A DNA stretch of 64,000 bases from Anolis carolinensis (lineage: Eukaryota), in contig NW_026943828.1 of assembly GCF_035594765.1 (NCBI RefSeq), positions 4,741,175 to 4,805,174 on the forward strand. The letters run 5' to 3'. The notes under the pieces are model-generated. The model worked only from the letters and a program-made list of their open reading frames with translations, did no database searches and was not told where the DNA came from. Of the stretch, positions 52,741 through 64,000 are shown piece after piece. Positions within the stretch are counted from its first letter, which is position 1. Each line of letters starts with the position of its first letter. The position numbers and the translations under genes are program-made.

Positions 52741-53733
52741 CAGGGGTCCCCAAACTAAGGCCCGGGGGCCGGATGCGGCCCTCCGAGGTCATTTACCTGG
52801 CCCCCGCCCTCAGTTTTATAATATAATATATTGTATATACATATCATATTGATAATAATATTATAATGTAATACAATATAACACTAATAATACCATATAA
52901 TATTATTAATTATATATTCTATATTACATATAATATTGCTAATAATATTACAGTATAGTGGTATAGTTCAATATAGTAATATATAATGCTAATATTGTGC
53001 GATGCTAATAATATAATATATTGTATATACATATAATATTGATAATAATATTATAATGTAATACAATATAACACTAATAATACCATATAATATTATTAAT
53101 TATATATTCTATATTGCATATAATATTGCTAATAATATTACAGTATAGTGGTATAGTTCAATATAGTAATATATAATGCTAATATTGTGCGATGCTAATA
53201 ATATAATATATTGTATATACATATAATATTGATAATAATATTATAATGTAATACAACATAACACTAATAATACCATATAATATTATTAATTATATATTCT
53301 ATATTACATATAATATTGCTAATAATATTACAGTATAGTGGTATAATATATAATGCTAATATTGTGCGATGCTAATAATATAATATATTGTATATACATA
53401 TAATATTGATAATAATATTATAATGTAATACAATATAACACTAATAATACCATATAATATTATTAATTATATATCCTATATTACATATAATATTGCTAAT
53501 AATATTACAGTATAGTGGTATAGTTCAATATAGTAATATATAATGCTAATATTGTGCTATGCTAATAATATAATATATTGTATGCACATATAATTTGTAA
53601 GCCACTCTGAGTCCCCTTTGGGGTGAGAAGGGTGTGATACAAATGTAGTAAATAAATGCAGTAAATAAATAAATAATAAATAAATACATTTTAGACTTAG
53701 GCTTGCCCAAAGTCTGAAATGTCTTGAAGGCAC

Positions 53734-53774
<41 letters not shown>

Positions 53775-54045
53775 CCTAATTAACTTGACTATCTCATTGG
53801 CCAGAAGCAGGAGCACACTTCCCATTGAAATCCTGATAAATGTATGTTGGTTAAAATTGTTTTCATTTTTAAATATTGTATTGTTCTTTCATTGTTGTTG
53901 TTGTTGTTGTTTTTGCACTACAAATAAGACATGTGCAGTGTGCATCGGAATTTGTTTGTATTTTTTTTTCAAATGATAATCCGGCCTCTCAACAGTCTGA
54001 AGGATTGTGGACCGGCCCTCGGCTTAAAAAGTTTGAGGACCCCTG
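52741..54045. mobile_element. hAT MITE with internal ~180-bp AT-rich tandem expansion
   Basis: TIRs, perfect TSD CTCTTAAC; about 4 internal units. Confidence 0.92.
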
Positions 54046-54271
54046 CTCTTAACTTTTTAGATAACCCTCTCCATAATCACCAATTTAGCTCCTCCCATTG
54101 CATTACTGTTCCGTCGGGTTTCAGTATGTCCTGGATCTTTGTTGCAAATACATCTGACCACAATACGTAATCAATTAAAACATCATATCCTGATATTAAA
54201 AAAAAATCTAATTAACATATCAAATTGAAGGGGAAACTGGTCCTTCAAAAACCCAACGGGATCTTGCCAGC

Positions 54272-54772
54272 TGTAGATAAAATCAACACCGAAGCCAAAA
54301 TAGGTCAGAAGCAAATTTTCACAGTTTATTCCTTCTGATCAGAAGAAGGCGGACAGTTAGCATAGCATAGCGATGCCATTAGAAAACACTGGCAATTAAA
54401 AGGGCTTTTTATAGCCTCACGATTACATCAATTACATCAGCCAACTTCTCATTGGATACATCTTCCTGTACATGCAACAATTGATTGGGTGACATAGCAT
54501 TACACGAGGTGTCCACGCGTGCAAGCATAGCTACTTCCTATTACAAATATGGTATTATTATTTCGTAACTTTCCTGTTTCCCACTTCTCTCTTCTTGGAA
54601 ACGACCTAATCTTCTTGCCAGGGAGTTTACTGGAAACATCTGGTCCCTGTTTCCTGTTTTCCCCGGTCCTACTCTCAAATGGAAACCAGACGGCCTGTTT
54701 CGTAATAAACACATATTTCTTTCGCCTCCTCCTTTTCTCTTTGGCAGTTTATCCTACGACCCCCCCTCAAAA
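54272..54772 (-). mobile_element. Probable 3' LTR with adjacent PPT (ERV/LTR element remnant)
   Basis: Imperfect inverted termini TGTAGATAAA / TTTATCCTACGA; minus-strand CCAAT, TATAAAAA (~54413) and AATAAA (~54330) in LTR order; G-run PPT at 54760-54767. Confidence 0.5.
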
Positions 54773-54895
54773 TGAAACCATTTAAATACTTAAAGCAAGC
54801 ACCATTTAAAGATAGCCATAACCTCTGTCTACTGAGGTTCTCTGTCAATCATCAGAATATTTATCAGACTGGCCGTGCCTATTCTCTTTCCTCTT

Positions 54896-56378
54896 CCTTC
54901 GAGAGTTCTTGGAGAACGGGAGAAGTCCCAGCAGATTGGAGGAGGGCGAATGTGGTCCCTATTTATCTTCAAGAAGGGAAAAAAGAACGACCCAAACAAT
55001 TACCGTCCGGTCAGCCTCACATCAATACCAGGCAAAATTCTGGAAAAGATCATTAAGGAAGTGGTCTGCGAACACTTAGAAACAAATGCGGTCATTGCTA
55101 ATAGTCAACACGGATTTACCAAAAACAAGTCATGCCAGACTCATCTGATCTCTTTTTTCGATAGAGTTACGAGTTGGGTCGATACAGGGAATGCTGTGGA
55201 TGTAGCCGACCTGGATTTCAGTAAGGCCTTCGACAAAGTCCCCCACGACCTTCTGGCAAGGAAACTAGTAAAATGTGGGCTAGACAAAACTACGGTTAGG
55301 TGGATCTGTAATTGGCTAAGCGAACGAACCCAAAGGGTGATTCTCACCAATGCGTCGTCTTCATCATGGAAAGAAGTGACAAGTGGAGTGCCAAAAGCAG
55401 GGCTCCGTCCTGGGCCCGGTTCTGTTCAACATCTTTATTAACGACTTAGACGAAGGGTTAGAAGGCACGATCATCAAGTTTGCAGACGACACCAAACTGG
55501 GAGGGATAGCTAACACTCCAGAAGACAGGAGCAGAATTCAAAACGATCTTGACAGACTAGAGAGATGGGCCGAAACTAACAAAATGAAGTTCAACAGGGA
55601 CAAATGCAAGATACTTCACTTCGGCAGAAAAAATGCAAATCAAAGATACAGAATGGGGGACGATGCCTGGCTTGAGAGCAGTGTGTGCGAAAAAGACCTT
55701 GGAGTCCTTGTGGACAACAAGTTAAACACGAGCCAACAATGTGATGCGGCAGCTAAAAAAGCCAACGGGATTCTGGCCTGCATCAATAGGGGAATAGCGT
55801 CTAGATCCAGGGAAGTTATGCTCCCCCTTATTCTATTCTGCCTTGGTCAGACCACACCTGGAGTCACACTGTGTCCAATTCTGGGCACCACAGTTGAAGG
55901 GAGATGTTGACAAGCTGGAAAGCGTCCAGAGGAGGGCGACTAAAATGATTAAGGGTCTGGAGAACAAGCCCTATGAGGAGCGGCTTAAAGAGCTGGGCAT
56001 GTTTAGCCTGCAGAAGAGAAGGCTGAGAGGAGACATGATAGCCATGTACAAATACGTGAAGGGAAGTCATAGGGAGGAGGGAGGGAGCTTGTTTTCTGCT
56101 GCCCTGCAGACTAGGACACGGAACAATGGCTTCAAACTACAGGAAAGGAGATTCCACCTGAACCTCAGGAAGAACTTCCTCACTGTGAGAAGGGCTGTTC
56201 GACAGTGGAACTCTCTCCCCGGGGCCGTGGTGGAGGCTCCTTCCTTGGAGGCTTTTAAGCAGAGGCTGGATGGCCATCTGTCGGGGGTGCTTTGAATGCG
56301 ATTTCCTGCTTCTTGGCAGGGGGTTGGACTAGATGGCCCATGTGGTCTCTTCCAACTCTACTATTCTATGATTCTATG
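54896..56378 (+). mobile_element. 5'-truncated CR1 LINE
   Basis: [25 protein letters not shown]; ATTCTATG tail. Confidence 0.96.
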
Positions 56379-56867
56379 AACAGCTCCAGCCACAAAGCCT
56401 CCTTCCTGCCGACTCCCTTCACCTTTGCCCACTTCCCCCTTTCCTTCTTTTTCCTCCGTCCAGGGGAAATCCTAAGAAAACTGGAGGCCACGGAGAGAAA
56501 AGGTCTTCCCTGGATGCCTTTGGGAAGAACCTTCAAGGGGTCTCCACATGGCCTGAAAGGTTATCCCTTGATTCTGTAAGGCTGAAAACAAAAACGACTG
56601 GGAGAAGAATGGGCTTCCGTGGGAACTTCCAAAAGAAAGGGCCTGGTATTCTATCTCCCCAAACTCTGGCACCCTCACATGGTTAAGGCAGATCTAGAAG
56701 GAAGGGTGATATCGCTCAACTGCCGAGGCCTTGGCTACTGCTATAAACAGAAGATGATTACTGTGAAGGCACGCTGGGGGAAAATGGCTATCTCCAGGTC
56801 TGGCTACCCAAGCAGCTTCGGTTTACCTTATAATTATACCTCAAACCCCAAAGTAAATACTCTAGAA

Positions 56868-59350
56868 CAGGGGTCCCCAAACTAAGGCCCGGGGGCCGGA
56901 TGTGGCCCTCCAAGGTCATTTACCTGGCCCCCACCCTCATTTATAATATAATATTTTTATATTCGTTTTAATAATATATTGTATATACCTATGATATTGA
57001 TAATAATATCATTTTATACAATATAATACTAATAATAATACCATATAATATTAATTATATGTGATATATTACATATAATATTACAGTATAGTGATATAGT
57101 TCAATATAGTAATATATAAAGGAAAAGGAGGCCATAGGGCCATTGCAAGGAGAAGATGGGGTGATGGCGACAGGGGACAGGGAAAAGGCAGAACTACTTA
57201 ATGCCTTCTTTGCCTCGGTCTTCTCAGAAAAAGAAAGCCATCTTCAACCTCAGCAACACGGAATGGACGAAGGATTGGGGGAAATCCAACCCCAAATAGG
57301 GAAACAAGTTGTCCAGGAACACTTGGCCTCTCTAAACGAATTCAAGTCCCCAGGGCCAGACCAGCTACATCCAAGAGTACTGAAGGAACTAGCGGAAGTT
57401 ATTTCAGAACCACTGGCAATTATCTTCGAGAGTTCTTGGAGAACGGGAGAAGTCCCAGCAGATTGGAGGAGGGCGAATGTGGTCCCTATCTTCAAGAAGG
57501 GAAAAAAGAACGACCCAAACAATTACCGTCCGGTCAGCCTCACATCAATACCAGGCAAAATTCTGGAAAAGATCATTAAGGAAGTGGTCTGCGAACACTT
57601 AGAAACAAATGCGGTCATTGCTAATAGTCAACACGGATTTACCAAAAACAAGTCATGCCAGACTAATCTGATCTCTTTTTTCGATAGAGTTACGAGTTGG
57701 GTCGATACAGGGAATGCTGTGGATGTAGCGTACCTGGATTTCAGTAAGGCCTTCGACAAAGTCCCCCACGACCTTCTGGCAAACAAACTAGTAAAATGTG
57801 GGCTAGACAAAACTACGGTTAGGTGGATCTGTAATTGGCTAAGCGAACGAACCCAAAGGGTGCTCACCAATGCGTCGTCTTCATCATGGAAAGAAGTGAC
57901 AAGTGGAGTGCCAAAAGCAGGGCTCCGTCCTGGGCCCGGTTCTGTTCAACATCTTTATTAACGACTTAGACGAAGGGTTAGAAGGCACGATCATCAAGTT
58001 TGCAGATGACACCAAACTCGGAGGGATAGCTAACACTCCAGAAGACAGGAGCAGAATTCAAAACGATCTTGACAGACTAGAGAGATGGGCCAAAACTAAC
58101 AAAATGAAGTTCAACAGGGACAAATGCAAGATACTTCACTTCGGCAGAAAAAATGCAAATCTAAGATACAGAATGGGGGACGCCTGGCTTGACAGCAGTG
58201 TGTGCAAAAAAGACCTGGGAGTCCTTGTGGACAACAAGTTAAACATGAGCCAACAATGTGATGCGGCAGCTAAAAAAGCCAATGGGATTCTGGCCTGCAT
58301 CAATAGGGGAATAGCGTCTAGATCCAGGGAAGTTATGCTCCCCCTTATTCTATTCTGCCTTGGTCAGACCACACCTGGAATCACACTGTGTCCAATTTTG
58401 GGCACCACAGTTGAAGGGAGATGTTGACAAGCTGGAAAGCGTCCAGAGGACTAAAATGATTAAGGGTCTGGAGAACAAGCCCTATGAGGAGCGGCTTAAA
58501 GAACTGGGCATGTTTAGCCTGCAGAAGAGAAGGCTGAGAGGAGACATGATAGCCATGTACAAATACGTGAAGGGAAGTCATAGGGAAGAGGGAGCAAGCT
58601 TGTTTTCTGCTGCCCTGCAGACTAGGACACGGAACAATGGCTTCAAACTACAGGAAAGGAGATTCCACTTGAACATCAGGAAGAACTTCTTCACTGTGAG
58701 AAGGGCTGTTCGACAGTGGAACTCTCTCCCCGGGGCCGTGGTGGAGGCTCCTTCTTTGGAGGCTTTTAAGCAGAGGCTGGATGGCCATCTGTCGGGGGTG
58801 CTTTGAATGCGATTTCCTGCTTCTTAGCAGGGGGTTGGACTGGATGGCCCATGTGGTCTCTTCCAACTCTACTATTCTATGATTCTATGATAATGCTAAT
58901 ATTGTGCTATGCTAATAATATAATATACTGTATGTACATACAGCTGCTCTGAGTTCCCTTCGGGATGATTAGGGTGGGATATAAATGTAGTAAATAAATG
59001 TAGTAAATGAATAAATAAATAATGTTGGTCTTAAGCTCGCCCAAAGTCTGAAATGACTTGAAAACACACAACAACAACAATCCTAATTAACCTGACTATC
59101 TCATTGGTCAGAAGCAGGCCCACACTTCCTATTGAAATCCTGATAGGTTTATGTTGGTTAAAATTATTTTCATTTTTAAATATTGTATTGTTCTTTCATT
59201 GTTATTGTCGTTGTTTTGCACTGCAAAAAAGGTATGTGCAGTGTGCATAAGAATTTGATTGGGTTTTTTTTCCCCCAAATGATAATTCGGCCCTCAACAG
59301 TCTGAAGGATTGTGGACCGGCCCTCTGCTTTAAAAGTTTGAGGAGCCCTG
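56868..59350. mobile_element. hAT MITE containing a CR1
   Basis: TIRs, perfect TSD CTCTAGAA; empty site at ~34382. Confidence 0.92.
57119..58890 (+). mobile_element. 5'-truncated CR1 LINE
   Basis: EKAELLNAFFASVF, KSPGPDQLHPRVLKEL, RT motifs, tail. Confidence 0.96.
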
Positions 59351-59845
59351 CTCTAGAAGCTGATTAAAGATAACCAAAAATATGTTTATTGAAAACAGGA
59401 AACAGTCCTTTTAATGTATTAGAAATAATATGAAGTAAAATCACTGAAATTATACAGAAATAAAACTATACTGATTGAGAATGAAAGCTATAGAGACTAT
59501 AAAGGATTAACACACAAGCTATGAGGAAAGGTAGGTACTATAGGGTAAGTACAAGGCTATGATAAGCACTATCTATAATGACTTTAGTGCTAAATACCAG
59601 CTATAGTGAACTATCTATAATAACTCTGAGGTAAACTATAAGGTGATAAGCTATAAGGTAAGTACATAAGGTAAGTACATAAGGTAAGTACAAGGTGAAC
59701 TATAAGCTTTGCTATCTTTGAGGTAAATACCTAAAGCTATGATGTGACTATAAGGTAAGTACAAGGCTATGAGGTAAACTGTAAGGTAAGTACATGGCTA
59801 TGATGAACTCTATCTGTAATGGTAAGTATGAGGCTATGAGGTAAA

Positions 59846-60656
59846 TCTATCTATATATATATAAAAGAGTGATGGCATCACGGCGACCCACAAAACAACA
59901 AAACTACAGGCCCCCCAACCTCGAAATTTGACAACACAAGCCATCATCCACGCCTCTAGGTTGATACAACAAAAAGAAAAGAAAAATAAAGTCCTAATTA
60001 GAGGGAGAGGAGTAATTGCTTTTAGCCAATTGCTGCCAGTTAGAAGGCTAAGCTCCTCCAACTTGGTCTCCTAGCAACCCAATAAAAAATAATAAAAACA
60101 ATAAAAATAAAAAAACACTAAAAAATTAATACAATAAAATACTATAATAACAGAAAACAACTAAAAGTAATACAAGAAAATAATAAAATATAATAAATAA
60201 AAATATAACTTACAATAAAATTAATTAAAAAAATTGCAAATAACGTCAAACAAAAATTACACAACAATTTTTAACCAATACCACCACCACTTTGCCACAG
60301 CAACGCGTGGCCGGGCACAGCTAGTCTATATATATAAAAGAGTGATGGCATCACGGCAGCGGACAAAACAACAAAAGTAAACACCCCACAACCTTGAAAA
60401 TTGACAGCACAACCCCTCATACATGCCTCTAGGTTGATACAATAAAAAGATAAATAAATAAAGTCCTAATTAGAGGGAGAGGAATAATTGTTTTATCCAA
60501 TTGCTGCCAGTTAGAAGGCTAAGCTCTGTTCACTTGGTCCCTTAGCAACCCACTCAGCCCAGGGGACCCTTGACCTTAACTACCACCAATTCCTCAATAC
60601 TTTATTTCCCATACCACCAGATTTCGCCACAGCAACGCGTGGCTGGGCACAGCTAG
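59846..60656 (+). mobile_element. Helitron family A dimer (paralogue of 35278-36087)
   Basis: Same flanks and structure. Confidence 0.88.
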
Positions 60657-60900
60657 TACTATCTATAATGACTGTATGGTAAGTACTATGTATGATGGTA
60701 AGTACACAAAGCTATGGTGGTAAGTACAAGGTGAACTATAAGCTTTGCTATCTTTGAGGTAAATACATAAGCTGTAAGGTAAGTACGTGATTTATGTTGC
60801 CTGTTTGAATTTGCCAGGTCAAAGAACCCAGACCAATTCTAAGACCTATCTCTAAGGTTTTTCTCTGGAATGGCAATTGGAGGGGGAAAAGCCTCTAGAT

Positions 60901-63881
60901 CAGGGGTCCCCAAACTTTTTAAGTGGAGGGCCAGACTAGGGTGAAATAGTCCAAAATTAGGATTGTTGTTGTTGTGTGCCTTTAAGTCGTTTCAGACTTA
61001 GGTCAACCCTAAGTCTAAAGTTGAGGACAGAGACCAGGTCAATGACCTTGTAGGGCCTTAGTTTGGGGACCCCTGATTTAGATGATCTCATAAGACCATA
61101 GGTAAGCAAAAAGGCCTCCAAAGACCATTGACATGGTCTCATAAGACCATCGGTAAGGAAAGGGACCCTCAAAGGCCATCTAGATGATCTCATCAGGCCA
61201 TCAGAAGATCACCGGTAAGGAAAGGGGCCCTCAAAGACCATCTAGATGGTTTCATAAGACCATTGGTAAGGAAAGGGGCCGCCAAAGGCCATCTAGACAA
61301 TCTCATAAAATCATAGGTAAGGAAAGGGACCCTCGAAGCCCATCTAGATGATCTCATCAGGCCATCAGAAGACCACCGGTAAGGAAAGGGGCCCTCAAAG
61401 ACCATCTAGATGGTTTCATAAGACCATTGGTAAGGAAAGGGGCCGCCAAAGGCCATCTAGACAATCTCATAAAACCATAGGTAAGGAAAGGGACCCTCAA
61501 AGGCCATCTAGATGATCTCATCAGGCCATCAGAAGACCACCGGTAAGGAAAGGGGCCCTCAAAGACCATCTAGATGGTTTCATAAGACCATTGGTAAGGA
61601 AAGGGGCCGCCAAAGGCCATCTAGACAATCTCATAAAACCATAGGTAAGGAAAGGGACCCTCAAAGGCCATCTAGATGATCTCATCAGGCCATCAGAAGA
61701 CCACCGGTAAGGAAAGGGGCCCTCAAAGACCATCTAGATGGTTTCATAAGACCATTGGTAAGGAAAGGGGCCACCAAAGGCCATCTAGACAATCTCATAA
61801 AACCATAGGTAAGGAAAGGGACCCTCAAAGGCCATCTAGATGATCTCATCAGGCCATCAGAAGATCACCGGTAAGGAAAGGGGCCCTCAAAGACCATCTA
61901 GATGGTTTCATAAGACCATTGGTAAGGAAAGGGGCCGCCAAAGGCCATCTAGACAATCTCATAAAATCATAGGTAAGGAAAGGGACCCTCGAAGCCCATC
62001 TAGATGATCTCATCAGGCCATCAGAAGACCACCGGTAAGGAAAGGGGCCCTCAAAGACCATCTAGATGGTTTCATTAGACCATTGGTAAGGAAAGGGGCC
62101 GCCAAAGGCCATCTAGACAATCTCATAAAACCATAGGTAAGGAAAGGGACCCTCAAAGGCCATCTAGATGATCTCATCAGGCCATCAGAAGACCACCGGT
62201 AAGGAAAGGGGCCCTCAAAGACCATCTAGATGGTTTCATAAGACCATTGGTAAGGAAAGGGGCCGCCAAAGGCCATCTAGACAATCTCATAAAACCATAG
62301 GTAAGGAAAGGGACCCTCGAAAGCCATCTAGATGATCTCATCAGGCCATCAGAAGACCACCGGTAAGGAAAGGGGCCCTCAAAGACCATCTAGATGGTTT
62401 CATAAGACCATTGGTAAGGAAAGGGGCCACCAAAGGCCATCTAGACAATCTCATAAAACCATAGGTAAGGAAAGGGACCCTCAAAGGCCATCTAGATGAT
62501 CTCATCAGGCCATCAGAAGACCACCGGTAAGGAAAGGGGCCCTCAAAGACCATCTAGATGGTTTCATAAGACCATTGGTAAGGAAAGGGGCCACCAAAGG
62601 CCATCTAGACAATCTCATAAAACCATAGGTAAGGAAAGGGACCCTCAAAGGCCATCTAGATGATCTCATCAGGCCATCAGAAGACCACCGGTAAGGAAAG
62701 GGGCCCTCAAAGACCATCTAGATGGTTTCATTAGACCATTGGTAAGGAAAGGGGCCACCAAAGGCCATCTAGACAATCTCATAAAACCATAGGTAAGGAA
62801 AGGGACCCTCAAAGGCCATCTAGATGATCTCATCAGGCCATCAGAAGACCACCGGTAAGGAAAGGGGCCCTCAAAGACCATCTAGATGGTTTCATTAGAC
62901 CATTGGTAAGGAAAGAGGCCACCAAAGGCCATCTAGACAATCTCATAAAACCATAGGTAAGGAAAGGGACCCTCAAAGGCCATCTAGATGATCTCATCAG
63001 GCCATCAGAAGACCACCGGTAAGGAAAGGGGCCCTCAAAGACCATCTAGATGGTTTCATAAGACCATTGGTAAGGAAAGGGGCCACCAAAGGCCATCTAG
63101 ACAATCTCATAAAACCATAGGTAAGGAAAGGGACCCTCAAAGGCCATCTAGATGATCTCATCAGGCCATCAGAAGACCACCGGTAAGGAAAGGGGCCCTC
63201 AAAGACCATCTAGATGGTTTCATAAGACCATTGGTAAGGAAAGGGGTCGCCAAAGGCCATCTAGACAATCTCATAAAACCATAGGTAAGGAAAGGGACCC
63301 TCAAAGGCTATCTAGATGATCACATCAGGCCATCAGAAGACCACCGGTAAGGAAAGGGGCCCTCAAAGACCATCTAGATGGTTTCATAAGACCATTGGTA
63401 AGGAAAGGGGCCGCCAAAGGCCATCTAGACAATCTCATAAAACCATAGGTAAGGAAAGGGACCCTCAAAGGCCATCTACATGATCTCATCAGACCATCAG
63501 AAGACCACCGGTAAGGAAAGGGGCCCACAAAGACCATCTAGATGGTTTCATAAGACCATTGGTAAGGAAAGGGGCCGCCAAAGGCCATCTAGACAATCTC
63601 ATAAAACCATAGGTAAGGAAAGGGACCCTCAAAGGCCATCTAGACCATAGGTAAGGAAAGCAACCTCCAAAAGCCATCTAGGTGGCCTCATAAGGCCATA
63701 GCTAAGCAAAGAGACCTTCAAAGACCATCTAGACAATCTCATGAGGCCATAAGTAAGCAAAGAGACCTCCAAAGACCAGGTAGACTTAGGTCAACCCTAA
63801 GTCTAAAGTTTAGGACAGGGGCCAGGTCAATGACCTTGGAGGGCCACATCCGGCCCCCGGGCCTTAGTTTGGGGACCCCTG
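60901..63881. mobile_element. Composite hAT element enclosing a satellite
   Basis: TIR at 60901, internal right end at ~61075, outer right end at 63881; flanks CTCTAGAT/CTCTAGAG. Confidence 0.75.
61078..63782. repeat. 164-bp satellite (3 x ~55-bp subunits), about 15-16 units
   Basis: Period 164 visible in the sequence and the ORF track; each subunit has GGTAAGGAAAGGG and CCATCTAGA. Confidence 0.97.
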
Positions 63882-64000
63882 CTCTAGAGATTAGCTCCCA
63901 GGCTGAACCATCTCATCCAAACCTCATCCAAGGGGAGTCCCAAGCTCCACCCCCAAAACATTCCTCCCAAGAACAGCAACCAGGAAATAAGCAAGGGAGG

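Larger units (their letters stand above)
56762..64000. mobile_element. Solo-LTR-like element copy 2 with nested hATs, CR1, Helitron dimer and satellite (runs off the window)
   Basis: Collinear with 34284-37698. Confidence 0.65.

Noticed and set aside
61193-63677. Repeated 70-aa ORFs
   Set aside because: Translation of the 164-bp satellite; period not divisible by 3

Overview
Repeat-dense squamate genomic DNA, very likely Anolis lizard (Sauria-type SINEs, CR1 with (ATTCTATG)n tails, R4/Dong, Penelope). The window lies in a C2H2 zinc-finger cluster. It holds two ZF-array exons with no visible KRAB/SCAN domain (12 fingers, +; 20 fingers, -) and four paralogous GC-rich promoter cassettes (CCAAT x2, GC boxes, YY1, ZNF143-type motif). 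It also contains a near full-length Tf1/sushi-type Ty3/gypsy element, two further gypsy fragments, and many Helitron, hAT, Tc1/mariner, CR1, L2, L1 and SINE insertions. Main observations: (1) the full-length gypsy has in-frame gag-pol with a phase-0 GTGAGT donor at the gag/protease boundary and an acceptor between the integrase stop and the PPT; a second, diverged gypsy conserves the acceptor, predicting a spliced Gag mRNA whose C-terminus is read through the PPT into the 3' LTR; (2) the same element has an 11-nt self-priming PBS; (3) an 80-bp tandem array of ten minimal hammerhead-ribozyme motifs lies next to a promoter; (4) the ZNF promoter cassettes appear to be embedded in, or derived from, a Helitron; (5) there is an R4-tail/(TAA)n array and a hAT-borne 164-bp satellite. 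All calls are by eye and repeat-family names need database confirmation.
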